Part shown: positions 8,826 through 17,673 of the stretch, one piece after another | How the letters are laid out: each line of letters starts with the position of its first letter | Numbering within the stretch: position 1 is the stretch's first letter | Assembly: GCA_004558865.1 (NCBI GenBank) | Contig: SFCY01000001.1 | Coordinates: 801 to 64,800, forward strand | DNA length: 64,000 nt | Reading direction: 5' to 3' | Source of the DNA: Bacteroidales bacterium | GTDB lineage: Bacteria; Bacteroidota; Bacteroidia; Bacteroidales; Bacteroidaceae | Notes under the pieces: generated by a model | What the model was told of the DNA's origin: nothing | What the model saw: only the letters and a program-made list of their open reading frames with translations | Database searches by the model: none | Position numbers and translations under genes: made by a program

Positions 8826-9119
8826 AGGTCGGATCCAATAATTAGGTCGAGCCATATTGGGCCCAGCACCCACCTTTTCTCGCCATGGCAGAGCTCAAGC
8901 GAGCTTGGCTCTGCTCATTTGGCTTATCGAAAAGGTTCTGCCAGCTCGGTCTCAAAACGTAAGTTGAAGAGGGAGTGTAGTGGGCTACACGACCGATGAG
9001 GCTTGACGTTTTGAGACCAATAGATGCAGAAGACGACCGAAACAACAACTGCACTTTATCGATTATTCTATCAGCCTAATTTATAGAACCAGCCTAAACC
9101 TAATTTTTAGAACCGGCCT
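8826..9119. mobile_element. MITE-like non-autonomous element, copy 1
   Basis: Highly similar to 25206-25479; imperfect ~22-bp terminal inverted repeats (AGGTCGGATCCAATAATTAGGT / ACCTAATTTTTAGAACCGGCCT); TA on both flanks. Confidence 0.7.
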
Positions 9120-9145
9120 TAAATAAATAAGGTACGACTTCAAAT

Positions 9146-9185
9146 AAAAAAGGCTTAGCCGACACATCATCGGTTAAGCCTTTTC
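9146..9185 (-). terminator. Intrinsic terminator of ribH (possibly bidirectional)
   Basis: AGGCTTAGCCGA/TCGGTTAAGCCT stem with A-tract and T-tract flanks. Confidence 0.7.
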
Positions 9186-9202
9186 TTATAGCTTTGAGTG
9201 GT

Positions 9203-9679
9203 TCAGAACTTTGCCATCTTGATGGCGTCGACAGCACATTCCTCACCCTTGTTTCCCAATTTTCCCCCACTGCGATCCTGGGCCTGCTGCAGGTCATTGA
9301 CGGTGAGAAGACCATAGATGACGGGAGTGTTCTGGCTGGCGTTGAGACGCGCTATTCCATAGGTGACTCCTTGACAAATGTAGTCGAAATGGGGAGTCTC
9401 TCCGCGAATAACGCAGCCGAGGATAATGACGGCGTCAAAGCTCTCACTCTTGCAGAGCTGCTGGGCGCCGTAGACAAGCTCGAAACTGCCCGGCACGGTC
9501 TTCACGTGGATGTTCTCAGGAAGCGTGCCATGCTTTTCGAGCGTCTTCACCGTACCGTCAAGCAAGGCGCTTGTTATCTCCTTGTTCCATTCTGCAACCA
9601 CAATGCCGAAGCACATGTTGCTCGCATCTGGCACTTGGGCTGAATCGTAGTCGGAAAGATGATGTAGAGCGGTAGCCAT
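9203..9679 (-). CDS. ribH: 6,7-dimethyl-8-ribityllumazine synthase
   Basis: [20 protein letters not shown] and GNKG motifs. Confidence 0.97.
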   Translation of the reverse strand: MATALHHLSDYDSAQVPDASNMCFGIVVAEWNKEITSALLDGTVKTLEKHGTLPENIHVKTVPGSFELVYGAQQLCKSESFDAVIILGCVIRGETPHFDYICQGVTYGIARLNASQNTPVIYGLLTVNDLQQAQDRSGGKLGNKGEECAVDAIKMAKF

Positions 9680-9685
9680 GACTTG

Positions 9686-10384
9686 TTATCTGGAAGCGCG
9701 CTCGATATAAGCGTCGATTTGTTTGGTCTGAACGGTGTAGGAGTTCAGATAGTCTTTCTTGATTTTCTGGTAAATCTCCAGAGCCTCAGCCTTCTTGTTC
9801 TGGCTTTCAAGGATTTCACCGGCCTGAAGCAGATAGTGGGGGGAGAGTGTGTTGTTCACACCGTCCTTGGCAGCCTTGTCTGCCATCTTTGCAGCCTTCT
9901 TGAAGCAGTCGACGGCCTTGTCCAGCTGGTTCAAGTGGGCGTAGGCGTTGCCCAAGGCATCAACTGCGTTGGGGCTGATGACGGCATCGTCGGAGGTGTC
10001 AAACTTCTCCAAATAGTTGGCAGCTTCCTGCCATTTGCCGAGGTTGGCCTCGCAGAGTCCTGCATAGAGGTTGGCCAGATTGCCGGCATCAGTGCTGCTG
10101 TAGTCGTCGGCAATGCGCTTGAAGCCCGTGAAGGTGGCGCCGTCGCCATTGAGGGCCTTGTCAAACTGCTCGGCCATAAAATACTCCTGACCTTTGGCCA
10201 GTTCAGTGCTGGCTTTGTTCTCACGGGGGATGGCCACGTATTGGTGATAGAGATACCAGCCAATGCCAATGACCAAAATAGCTGCGAGAACGCCGAGAAT
10301 CAGCTTCCTGTTTTTATTTACCAATGTTTCTGTTGCAGACAATTGTTCATTCTGGACTGTTTCCAGATTGTTCTTCTTTGCCAT
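9686..10384 (-). CDS. Membrane-anchored tetratricopeptide repeat protein (YfgM-like)
   Basis: N-terminal TM segment followed by TPR-like helices (LGNAYAHLNQLDKAVDCFKKA). Confidence 0.8.
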   Translation of the reverse strand: MAKKNNLETVQNEQLSATETLVNKNRKLILGVLAAILVIGIGWYLYHQYVAIPRENKASTELAKGQEYFMAEQFDKALNGDGATFTGFKRIADDYSSTDAGNLANLYAGLCEANLGKWQEAANYLEKFDTSDDAVISPNAVDALGNAYAHLNQLDKAVDCFKKAAKMADKAAKDGVNNTLSPHYLLQAGEILESQNKKAEALEIYQKIKKDYLNSYTVQTKQIDAYIERASR

Positions 10385-10540
10385 TTATTCTAATTGTTTT
10401 TGTTGTTTCTTAGTTGTCTGTGCCGTGCTTCACGACAGGCACTATGAACCCCTAAGGATTCAGCGTGGCAAAATTACTCATTTTATTGCAGATAGTGAAA
10501 TTTATTTGCTACTTTTTTTGTTTTTCACTCTCAAATCGTG

Positions 10541-10548
10541 TAACTTTG
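10541..10548 (+). promoter_or_regulatory. -7 promoter element for recF (TAACTTTG); divergent element TAATTTTG at 10469-10476 (-)
   Basis: TAnnTTTG consensus. Confidence 0.6.
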
Positions 10549-10562
10549 CATCGCGATTTATT

Positions 10563-11681
10563 ATGATACTGAAAAAGATTAGCATTATCAACTATAAGAA
10601 CTTGCAAGAAGTTAGCCTGAGCCTTTCCCCCAAGATGAATTGCCTCATAGGCCCCAATGGGACGGGCAAGACCAACTTCCTTGACGCTGTGTACTACATG
10701 TCGTTCTGCCGCAGCAGCACCACCCCAATAGACTCTCAGGTCATTCGTCACACAGAACCTTTCTTCGTGCTTGAAGGCCATTATGAGAATGATGCCGGTG
10801 AGGCGGATGATGTCTACGTGGGCATGAAGCGGGGGGTGAAGAAGCACTTCAAGCACAACAAGAAAGAGTATCGCCGTTTGGCCGACCATATTGGCTTGAT
10901 TCCTCTCATCCTTGTCTCTCCAGCCGACAACATGCTTATCATAGGGGGCAGCGAGGAACGCCGCAGACTGATGGACGTTGTCATATCCCAGTGTGACCAT
11001 ATTTATATGGAAGCCTTGATGAACTACAACAAGGCTCTTCAGCAGCGCAACAGCCTGCTCAAGATGGACAATGAGCCGGACCCGGCCTTGTTGGACATCT
11101 GGGAAGAGCAGATGGCGCAAAATGGAGAGGTGATTTTCCATAAGCGCGAAGCTTTCATCAATGAGTTGGAGCCTGTGTTCCAGCACATCTACAGCAGTAT
11201 ATCTCAAGACCGCGAGCAGGTTACACTGCAATATTTCTCACATGGGCAGCGCGGGCCGTTGCTCGATGTAATTCGCCGCGACAGGGCCAAGGACCGTATA
11301 GTGGGCTATTCGCTCCATGGGATTCATCGCGACGATTTGGAAATGCTCTTGGGTGGTTTCCCCCTGAAGAAGGAAGGAAGCCAAGGACAATGCAAGACTT
11401 TTGCGTTGGCGTTGAAGCTCGCCCAGTTTGACATGCTTCGACGGACGGCCTCGCGCACCACACCGCTGCTTCTGCTTGACGACATCTTCGACAAGTTGGA
11501 TGCCAGCCGTGTGGAGCAGATTGTGAGACTTGTGGCGGGCGACAGTTTCGGCCAGATATTCATTACCGATACGAATCGTGACCACTTGGACCGTATCTTG
11601 AGCCACTCCAACTTTGATTATAAACTGTTCGACGTGATGGATGGACAGATAGAGGAAAGAGAAAAAAAAGAGGAATGTTGA
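10563..11681 (+). CDS. recF: DNA replication/repair protein RecF
   Basis: Walker A GPNGTGKTN, GSQGQ signature, LLLDDIFDKLD. Confidence 0.95.
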   Translation: MILKKISIINYKNLQEVSLSLSPKMNCLIGPNGTGKTNFLDAVYYMSFCRSSTTPIDSQVIRHTEPFFVLEGHYENDAGEADDVYVGMKRGVKKHFKHNKKEYRRLADHIGLIPLILVSPADNMLIIGGSEERRRLMDVVISQCDHIYMEALMNYNKALQQRNSLLKMDNEPDPALLDIWEEQMAQNGEVIFHKREAFINELEPVFQHIYSSISQDREQVTLQYFSHGQRGPLLDVIRRDRAKDRIVGYSLHGIHRDDLEMLLGGFPLKKEGSQGQCKTFALALKLAQFDMLRRTASRTTPLLLLDDIFDKLDASRVEQIVRLVAGDSFGQIFITDTNRDHLDRILSHSNFDYKLFDVMDGQIEEREKKEEC

Positions 11682-11682
11682 T

Positions 11683-11973
11683 ATGAAAAGACGTGAGGTG
11701 AAGAGCATTGGCGAGTTGCTGCCGCAATTCTTGCGTGAAGAGGGATTGGAGACTCCACTTCTTCAGAAGCGGCTGCTCGACTCCTGGGAGAGCGTAGTCG
11801 GCCCTTCAGTTGGCCGATATACGGGAAACAAGTATATCAGCGACCAGGTGCTTCATGTGAAGATTCTCAATCCAGCCCTACGCCAGGACCTCAGCATGAT
11901 GAGGTCCCAGCTCCTTAAACGCCTCAACGAAGCCGTTGGGGCGAGCATCATTGTGGATGTGAGAATCTATTGA
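11683..11973 (+). CDS. DUF721/DciA family protein
   Basis: Small ORF directly after recF; W..VVG...L.V...NPALRQDL pattern. Confidence 0.75.
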   Translation: MKRREVKSIGELLPQFLREEGLETPLLQKRLLDSWESVVGPSVGRYTGNKYISDQVLHVKILNPALRQDLSMMRSQLLKRLNEAVGASIIVDVRIY

Positions 11974-12500
11974 ACCACTTCGTCCATCACCACATCATAT
12001 TTGTCAGAGGGCACTTCTTCCAATTTCTGGAACGGAAAACACACTCCTATTTTATATAAGGAAGGCACCTTTGCAAGAAAACGGTCGTAGTAGCCTTTGC
12101 CGCGGCCGAGTCGATGTCCATTGGCATCGAAACTCATGCCGGGAATGAGAGCCACGTCGATTTCCGACAGGTCGGTGAAAGTCTTGCCCTTAGGTTCCAA
12201 GATGTGGTAACAATCTTCCTGCATACTCTCTGGCCCCGTGTATTCATGTAGCTCCATCTCGTTGTCGGGCAGCACCACTGGCAGCAGCACTCGCTTGCCT
12301 TGGGCTACAAGCTGGTCCACAGCCTCGTGGGTGTAGACCTCGTCGGGCAGGGAGTAATAGAACAACACCGTATGCGCCGCCTTCACTTTGGGATGGTTGA
12401 GCAGGCGGTCGATGATGGCAAGCGACATTTCACGAAGCTGCTGCTGCGTGAATTGTCGCTTGCGTTGACGTATTTCTTTTCTGAGCTCAGACTTTTCCAT
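11967..12500 (-). CDS. 5-formyltetrahydrofolate cyclo-ligase
   Basis: K..LRKEI start; PGMSFD..GHRLGRGKGYYDRFL. Confidence 0.95.
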   Translation of the reverse strand: MEKSELRKEIRQRKRQFTQQQLREMSLAIIDRLLNHPKVKAAHTVLFYYSLPDEVYTHEAVDQLVAQGKRVLLPVVLPDNEMELHEYTGPESMQEDCYHILEPKGKTFTDLSEIDVALIPGMSFDANGHRLGRGKGYYDRFLAKVPSLYKIGVCFPFQKLEEVPSDKYDVVMDEVVQ

Positions 12501-12501
12501 A

Positions 12502-14289
12502 TCAGGCCAAGTATACCCGCTCTTTGGGTTTTAGGGTGGGGGTGAACAAATCGTCGTAGATAAATTGTTGATACAAATTCTGGGGCATCCAAGCCGTGCA
12601 GTTCATCTGGCAAAGAGGCAGCGATGGCATGCCTGCCATCGACACCTTGCCATTGGCGCTGTTCAGGCTGGGACGTTGAGGGAACGCTGTGCCTGAGCGG
12701 AACACCTGCATGGTGCGCCGTATCACGGGATCGTCAGTGTTGACATATTGGGTCCAGGCTGCTTCGTCGAGCATGTTGTAGATGATGCGGCTCAAGAGGA
12801 AGCGCTCCAAAAGTTGGTGGCTCTTCTTGATGAGCAGGTTGCGGCGTTTCAGGCCATGGCTCTCCCCGTAGGTGGCAAATTTCTCCACGATGTTCTGCTT
12901 CTTCAGATAGGCGGCCAAGTCCTCCATCGTCTCAAACTGCTTCAGCGTAGGCCTGTTGTTGTCGGTATACTCGTAGGCATATTGCAGCATCAGTCCGCTT
13001 GTGGCAGCCAACTTGTAGTAGGAGGTGATGTCGGTGGTGTCCTCGGGCACGAAGATGTCGGGCGTGATGCCGCCACCGCCATACACCACTCGTCCGATGC
13101 TGGTGTGGTAGGCAGGTCCTATGTGCTTGATGCTGTCCTGCGAGAAGAACTCGCCGTGGTTGTAGCGTTGGTGGATGTCGAGCTCGTAGTCCTCCTCGTC
13201 ACCCGGCACGTAGGGCTTCTGAATGCAGCGGCCAGAAGGTGTGTAGTAGCGTGCGATGGTGAGTCGGATCATGCTCCCATCGGGGAACTCTATCTGCTGT
13301 TGTACCAATCCCTTGCCAAACGAGCGTCGGCCGATGATGGTTGCGCGGTCGTTGTCCTGCATGGCTCCGGCGAAAATCTCGGCGGCCGATGCGGAACTCT
13401 CGTTGATGAGCACCACAAGCGGGATGCTCTGGTAGGCTCCGCGTCCATCGCTGCGATAGTCCTGTCGGGGCGACTTGCGTCCCTGGGTGTAGACGATGAG
13501 CTTGTTCTTGCTCAAGAACTCGTTGGCCATCTGAACGGCACTCTTCAGATAACCGCCCGTGTTGTCGCGCAGGTCGATGACAAGGTTGCCGAAGCCTTGT
13601 TTTGAGAGGTTGGCCAGCGCCACTATCAATTCGGGATAGGTGTTCTCGCCGAAGTTCTTTACACGGATGTAGCCCGTGTTGTCGTCGAGCATGTAGGCCG
13701 CCGAAATGCTCTTCTGCGGAATGTCGCCGCGCGTCACGGTGTAGGTCTTGATGCCCTTTTGCCCGTAGCGTACCACGCCTATCCGCACCTTGGTGTCTTT
13801 GGGGCCCTTGAGCTTGTGCATGGCCTCCTCGTTGGTGACGACTTTGCCCACAAACGGCTTCCCATCTACAGCGACAATCTTGTCGCCCGCTAACAGTCCG
13901 GCGCGCTCCGCCGGCCCGTTCTTGATGACATTTTGCACGTGGATGGTGTCTTGGCGAATGGTGAACTCGATTCCCACACCCGAGAATGAGCCTTTGAGGT
14001 CGTCGGCCGCCGTCTGCATATCCTTGGCGCTGATATATACCGAGTGGGGGTCGAGGTCCTTGAGGATTTGGGGAATGGCCTTGTCGACAAGCGAGTCGAT
14101 GTTGACTTCGTCCACGTATTGGTCGTCTATGATATGGAGCAGGTTGTTGAGCCTGTTGCTTCCCGAACCGATGATGTTGAGCCTGTTGCCAGAGAAATGG
14201 TTGGAGAGGAACGAGCCCAACAGGATTCCGATGATGACACAGAGTGCCATTATCAGGGGCATGAATCTATTTGATTTGTTTTGGTTCAT
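12502..14289 (-). CDS. S41 family carboxyl-terminal protease (PDZ)
   Basis: LDPHS, PDZ domain, DLRDNTGG, SASAAEI, FGKGLVQ. Confidence 0.93.
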   Translation of the reverse strand: MNQNKSNRFMPLIMALCVIIGILLGSFLSNHFSGNRLNIIGSGSNRLNNLLHIIDDQYVDEVNIDSLVDKAIPQILKDLDPHSVYISAKDMQTAADDLKGSFSGVGIEFTIRQDTIHVQNVIKNGPAERAGLLAGDKIVAVDGKPFVGKVVTNEEAMHKLKGPKDTKVRIGVVRYGQKGIKTYTVTRGDIPQKSISAAYMLDDNTGYIRVKNFGENTYPELIVALANLSKQGFGNLVIDLRDNTGGYLKSAVQMANEFLSKNKLIVYTQGRKSPRQDYRSDGRGAYQSIPLVVLINESSASAAEIFAGAMQDNDRATIIGRRSFGKGLVQQQIEFPDGSMIRLTIARYYTPSGRCIQKPYVPGDEEDYELDIHQRYNHGEFFSQDSIKHIGPAYHTSIGRVVYGGGGITPDIFVPEDTTDITSYYKLAATSGLMLQYAYEYTDNNRPTLKQFETMEDLAAYLKKQNIVEKFATYGESHGLKRRNLLIKKSHQLLERFLLSRIIYNMLDEAAWTQYVNTDDPVIRRTMQVFRSGTAFPQRPSLNSANGKVSMAGMPSLPLCQMNCTAWMPQNLYQQFIYDDLFTPTLKPKERVYLA

Positions 14290-14308
14290 CTTGAATGATT
14301 TCGAAACC

Positions 14309-14794
14309 TTATTGTTCTTTAAAATTGTCGATGTCGAGGTAGACGACCTCTACTCCGGCCCGCCGCAGAAGGTCAAGGCCATCGGTGAGGCGGTATTGCT
14401 CGCCGTAGACCACTCTCTTGATGCCAGCCTGGATGATGAGCTTTGAACACTCGATGCAGGGTGAGGCCGTCACGTAGAGCGTGGCCCCATCCGAGTTGTT
14501 GCTGGAGCGGGCCAGTTTGGTGATGGCGTTGGCCTCGGCGTGCAGCACGTAGGGCTTGGTCAGGTTGTTGTCGTCCTCGCATACATTCTCGAATCCGCTC
14601 GGAGTCCCATTGTAGCCGTCACTGATGATCATCTTGTCCTTCACCACCAAGGCTCCCACCTTACGGCGTTTGCAGTAGGAGTTCTCGGCCCATATCCTGG
14701 CCATTCTCAGATAGCGGTAGTCGAGCAGCTCGGCTTTCTTGTCGGCGCCCTCCATGTTTGATGGCTGATGATTCGTTAGCTCCATAGTTGTCAT
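14309..14794 (-). CDS. dCMP deaminase family protein
   Basis: HAEANAI and PCIEC zinc motifs; GYNGTPSG; start inferred at ATG 14794. Confidence 0.92.
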   Translation of the reverse strand: MTTMELTNHQPSNMEGADKKAELLDYRYLRMARIWAENSYCKRRKVGALVVKDKMIISDGYNGTPSGFENVCEDDNNLTKPYVLHAEANAITKLARSSNNSDGATLYVTASPCIECSKLIIQAGIKRVVYGEQYRLTDGLDLLRRAGVEVVYLDIDNFKEQ

Positions 14795-16875
14795 TTTGTC
14801 TTCTTGATGCCATTGCGTTCGAGCAGGGCGTCGATGGTTGGGTCTTGGCCACGGAATCGGCGGTAGAGCGTGGCGGGATGCTCCGTGCCTCCTCGCGAGA
14901 GGATGTTGTCGCGGAAGCTTTGGGCTGTCTTTTGGTCGAAGATTCCGTTTTTCTTGAACACGCTGAATGCGTCGGCCTCCAGCACCTCGGCCCATTTGTA
15001 GCTGTAGTAGCCGGCCGCGTAGCCTCCCGCCATGATGTGTGAGAACTGCGTCGTCATGCAGGTGTCGGGCAGTTGCTTGGTGATGATGGCCTTCTTCCAG
15101 GCTTGCTTCTCAAAGGGGATGATGTCGGCCGTGAATGGTTCCTTCATGGTGTAGTAGGCCATGTCGAGCAGTCCGAAGCTCACCTGTCTGAGACAGGAGT
15201 AGCCGGCGAGGAAGTTGCGGCTCCTCACGATGCGCTCGATGAGGTCGTCGGGAATGGGCTCACCGGTCTTGTAGTGGAAGGCAAATGTGCGTAGGAAGTC
15301 CTTCTCCACTGCATAGTTCTCCATAAACTGCGATGGGAGTTCCACGAAATCCCACCAAACGTTGGTTCCCGAGAGGCTTGCGAAGCGGGTGTTGGCGAAC
15401 ATTCCGTGGAGTGCATGGCCAAACTCGTGCAGGAAAGTCTCCACCTCCCCAAGTGTCAGCAGGGCGGGCTTCTCCTCTGTAGGCTTTGTGAGGTTCATCA
15501 CCAACGACACGTGCGGACGCACGTTGTTGCCCTTGTGGTCTATCCATTGTCCTTGGAATTCCGTCATCCATGCGCCTCCCTGCTTGCCTTTCCGCGGATG
15601 GAAGTCGGCATAGAGCACGGCGAGGTAGCTGCCGTCCTTGTCGAAGACCTCGTAGGCCTTCACGTCGGGATGGTAGACGGGTATTTCTTTGTTCTCCTTG
15701 AAGGTGATTCCATAGAGTCGGGTGGCCAGGCCGAAAACGCCCTTGATGACCTTGTTGATTTCAAAGTATGGGCGCAGCATCTCAGCGTCGAGGTTGTAGC
15801 GTTCCATCTTGAGTTTGTGGCTGTAGAAGGAGAAGTCCCACGGCTCCAGCTCGAAGTCGTCGCCCTCCAATTTCTTGGCCTCGGCCTCGATGTCCTTCAG
15901 CTCCTCCTGGGCGGTGGGCTTGTAGGCGTCGATCAGGTCGTTGAGCAGTTTGTATACGTTGGCCACGTTGGAAGCCATCCGATGTTTCAACACGTAGTCG
16001 GCATAGGTGTCGAATCCAAGGAGCTGTGCCATCTCCCGTCTCAGGTTGATGAGCTGCCGGCAAATCTCCAAGTTGTTGTTCTCGTTGTCGTGGGTTCCTT
16101 CCGTTCCTCTTGCCATGAACATTTGCCTGCGTAGTTCGCGCTGTGTGGAATAGGTCATGAACGGAGAGTAGGAGGGGAAGTCGAGGTTGAAGACCCACCC
16201 GTCCTTGCCTTTTTCCTTGGCCGCCAAGCGTGCGGCTTCCTTGGCCGTGTCGGGCAGTCCGTCGAGTTGCGCCTCGTCGGTGATGTGGAGTTCGAAGGCC
16301 TTGTTCTCTTTCAGCAGGTTTTGCGAGAACTGCAGTGCCAGCACTCCAGCCTTCTCCGTCATCGCGCGCAGCCGCTTCTTGCCCTCGTCGTCGAGCAGCG
16401 CGCCGCTTCTCACGAATCCGTCGTAGGTGTTGTCGAGCAGCATTTGCTCCTCGGGTGTGAGCTGGCGGTGGTGCTCATACACGTATTTGATGCGTTCAAA
16501 GAGCCGCTTGTTGAGGCTGATGTCGTTGGAGTGCTTGGTGAGTATAGGACTCATCTTCTGGGCCAGCGCGTCGAGGTCGTCGTTGGTCTCGGTGCTCAGC
16601 ATGCAGGAGAACGTGTTGGAGACCCTGTTGAGCAGGTCATAGTAATGCTCGCCCTTGCTCTCGTCGATGTGGATAAGGGTGTTGTCGAACGTGGGTTCCT
16701 CGGGATTGTTGATGATTTCGTCGGTCTCTTCGTCTTCCCTTTTTATTCCTTCCATGAAGGCCTCCTCATAGTCGGCGGTTGTGATGTTGCCGAAGGGCAC
16801 GGTCTCGTGGGGCGTGTTGTAGGGGATCAGGAAGGGGTTCTGTTTGTGTTGATTCTCTATTTTGTTTTCACTCAT
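14791..16875 (-). CDS. dcp: M3 family metallopeptidase (peptidyl-dipeptidase Dcp-like)
   Basis: HEFGHALH, DFVELPSQ, GYYSYKWAE; start placed downstream of TAAATTTG at 16901-16908. Confidence 0.9.
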   Translation of the reverse strand: MSENKIENQHKQNPFLIPYNTPHETVPFGNITTADYEEAFMEGIKREDEETDEIINNPEEPTFDNTLIHIDESKGEHYYDLLNRVSNTFSCMLSTETNDDLDALAQKMSPILTKHSNDISLNKRLFERIKYVYEHHRQLTPEEQMLLDNTYDGFVRSGALLDDEGKKRLRAMTEKAGVLALQFSQNLLKENKAFELHITDEAQLDGLPDTAKEAARLAAKEKGKDGWVFNLDFPSYSPFMTYSTQRELRRQMFMARGTEGTHDNENNNLEICRQLINLRREMAQLLGFDTYADYVLKHRMASNVANVYKLLNDLIDAYKPTAQEELKDIEAEAKKLEGDDFELEPWDFSFYSHKLKMERYNLDAEMLRPYFEINKVIKGVFGLATRLYGITFKENKEIPVYHPDVKAYEVFDKDGSYLAVLYADFHPRKGKQGGAWMTEFQGQWIDHKGNNVRPHVSLVMNLTKPTEEKPALLTLGEVETFLHEFGHALHGMFANTRFASLSGTNVWWDFVELPSQFMENYAVEKDFLRTFAFHYKTGEPIPDDLIERIVRSRNFLAGYSCLRQVSFGLLDMAYYTMKEPFTADIIPFEKQAWKKAIITKQLPDTCMTTQFSHIMAGGYAAGYYSYKWAEVLEADAFSVFKKNGIFDQKTAQSFRDNILSRGGTEHPATLYRRFRGQDPTIDALLERNGIKKTK

Positions 16876-16967
16876 ACTAAATCGATGCTTTTTCAATACG
16901 CAAATTTAGTAAAAATAATCTTGAACTCACCTATTTAAAAAGCATATTTAACACATAATGCATGTTG

Positions 16968-16989
16968 AGGCTGGTTCTATAGGTAGGCT
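16968..16989. repeat. Solo degenerate copy of the MITE terminal repeat
   Basis: AGGCTGGTTCTATAGGTAGGCT resembles the reverse complement of 9073-9095 (AGGCTGGTTCTATAAATTAGGCT). Confidence 0.45.
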
Positions 16990-17670
16990 TCAGCGCGACT
17001 GGAGCAGTTTCTCCAAGGCTGGAATGGTGATGATTCCCCTTTGGAGCGTTATCAGTCCCTCGTCTTCCATGGCATTGAGCTGGATGGAGACATTGAGCCG
17101 GCTGTCGTTCACTTCCTCGGCCAGTCGGGTCATCTTGATGCGGAATGTCTTCTTGCCGGCCGGCTTTTCTGTATGGATGAGGAAAAAGCGTAGGATGCGC
17201 TGTCGCAGGTTGGCGGGTGGGGTGTGCCACAACTGCAGCTCCTTTTTCTGCACCTGGGTGGAGAGTAGATTGAGCCAGTTGATTTTGAAGATGAAGTAGC
17301 GGTCGAACATGCGGAACACCTCATCTTTGTTCAGCAGCACGAAGCGGCATGTCTCTACGCATTGGTAGGAATGAAGGTAGCGCTGGTGGAGGCCGAAGAG
17401 CGATGATGGCGCTACCAGACTGGGAGCCGATAGGGACTCGGTGACGATGCAGCCGTGGTCGTCACTATGGGTGACGACATTCATCGCGCCGTGGATGAGG
17501 ACCACCAAGAGTGTGCATTTCTCGTCCTGGTGGCAAAGATACTTTCCCGCGTCGAGCCGAAGAAACTGGAATTTCGTCTGTGCGATGATTTGCGAGATTT
17601 CCTCGCTGCCCAGACCTGAGAACAGGGGCAGCCGCATGAGTGTCTCGTAAAGATGCAGCGATTCCTCCAT
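16990..17670 (-). CDS. Crp/Fnr family transcriptional regulator
   Basis: LPLFSGL cNMP-binding-like N-domain; C-terminal HTH (MTRLAEEVNDSRLNVSIQLNAMEDEGLI). Confidence 0.85.
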   Translation of the reverse strand: MEESLHLYETLMRLPLFSGLGSEEISQIIAQTKFQFLRLDAGKYLCHQDEKCTLLVVLIHGAMNVVTHSDDHGCIVTESLSAPSLVAPSSLFGLHQRYLHSYQCVETCRFVLLNKDEVFRMFDRYFIFKINWLNLLSTQVQKKELQLWHTPPANLRQRILRFFLIHTEKPAGKKTFRIKMTRLAEEVNDSRLNVSIQLNAMEDEGLITLQRGIITIPALEKLLQSR

Positions 17671-17673
17671 GGC

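Noticed and set aside
8808..9054. Short ORFs inside MITE copy 1
   Set aside because: Indels between the two copies break the frames and there is no transposase similarity
9680..10480. FMN riboswitch for ribH
   Set aside because: ribH is 6 nt downstream of the TPR gene and no RFN consensus is visible in the operon leader
10263..10562. 100-aa N-terminal extension of RecF
   Set aside because: Overlaps the divergent gene and promoter region; RecF homology starts at 10563
14795..14995. N-terminal extension of the dCMP deaminase
   Set aside because: Alternative frame inside the M3 peptidase gene
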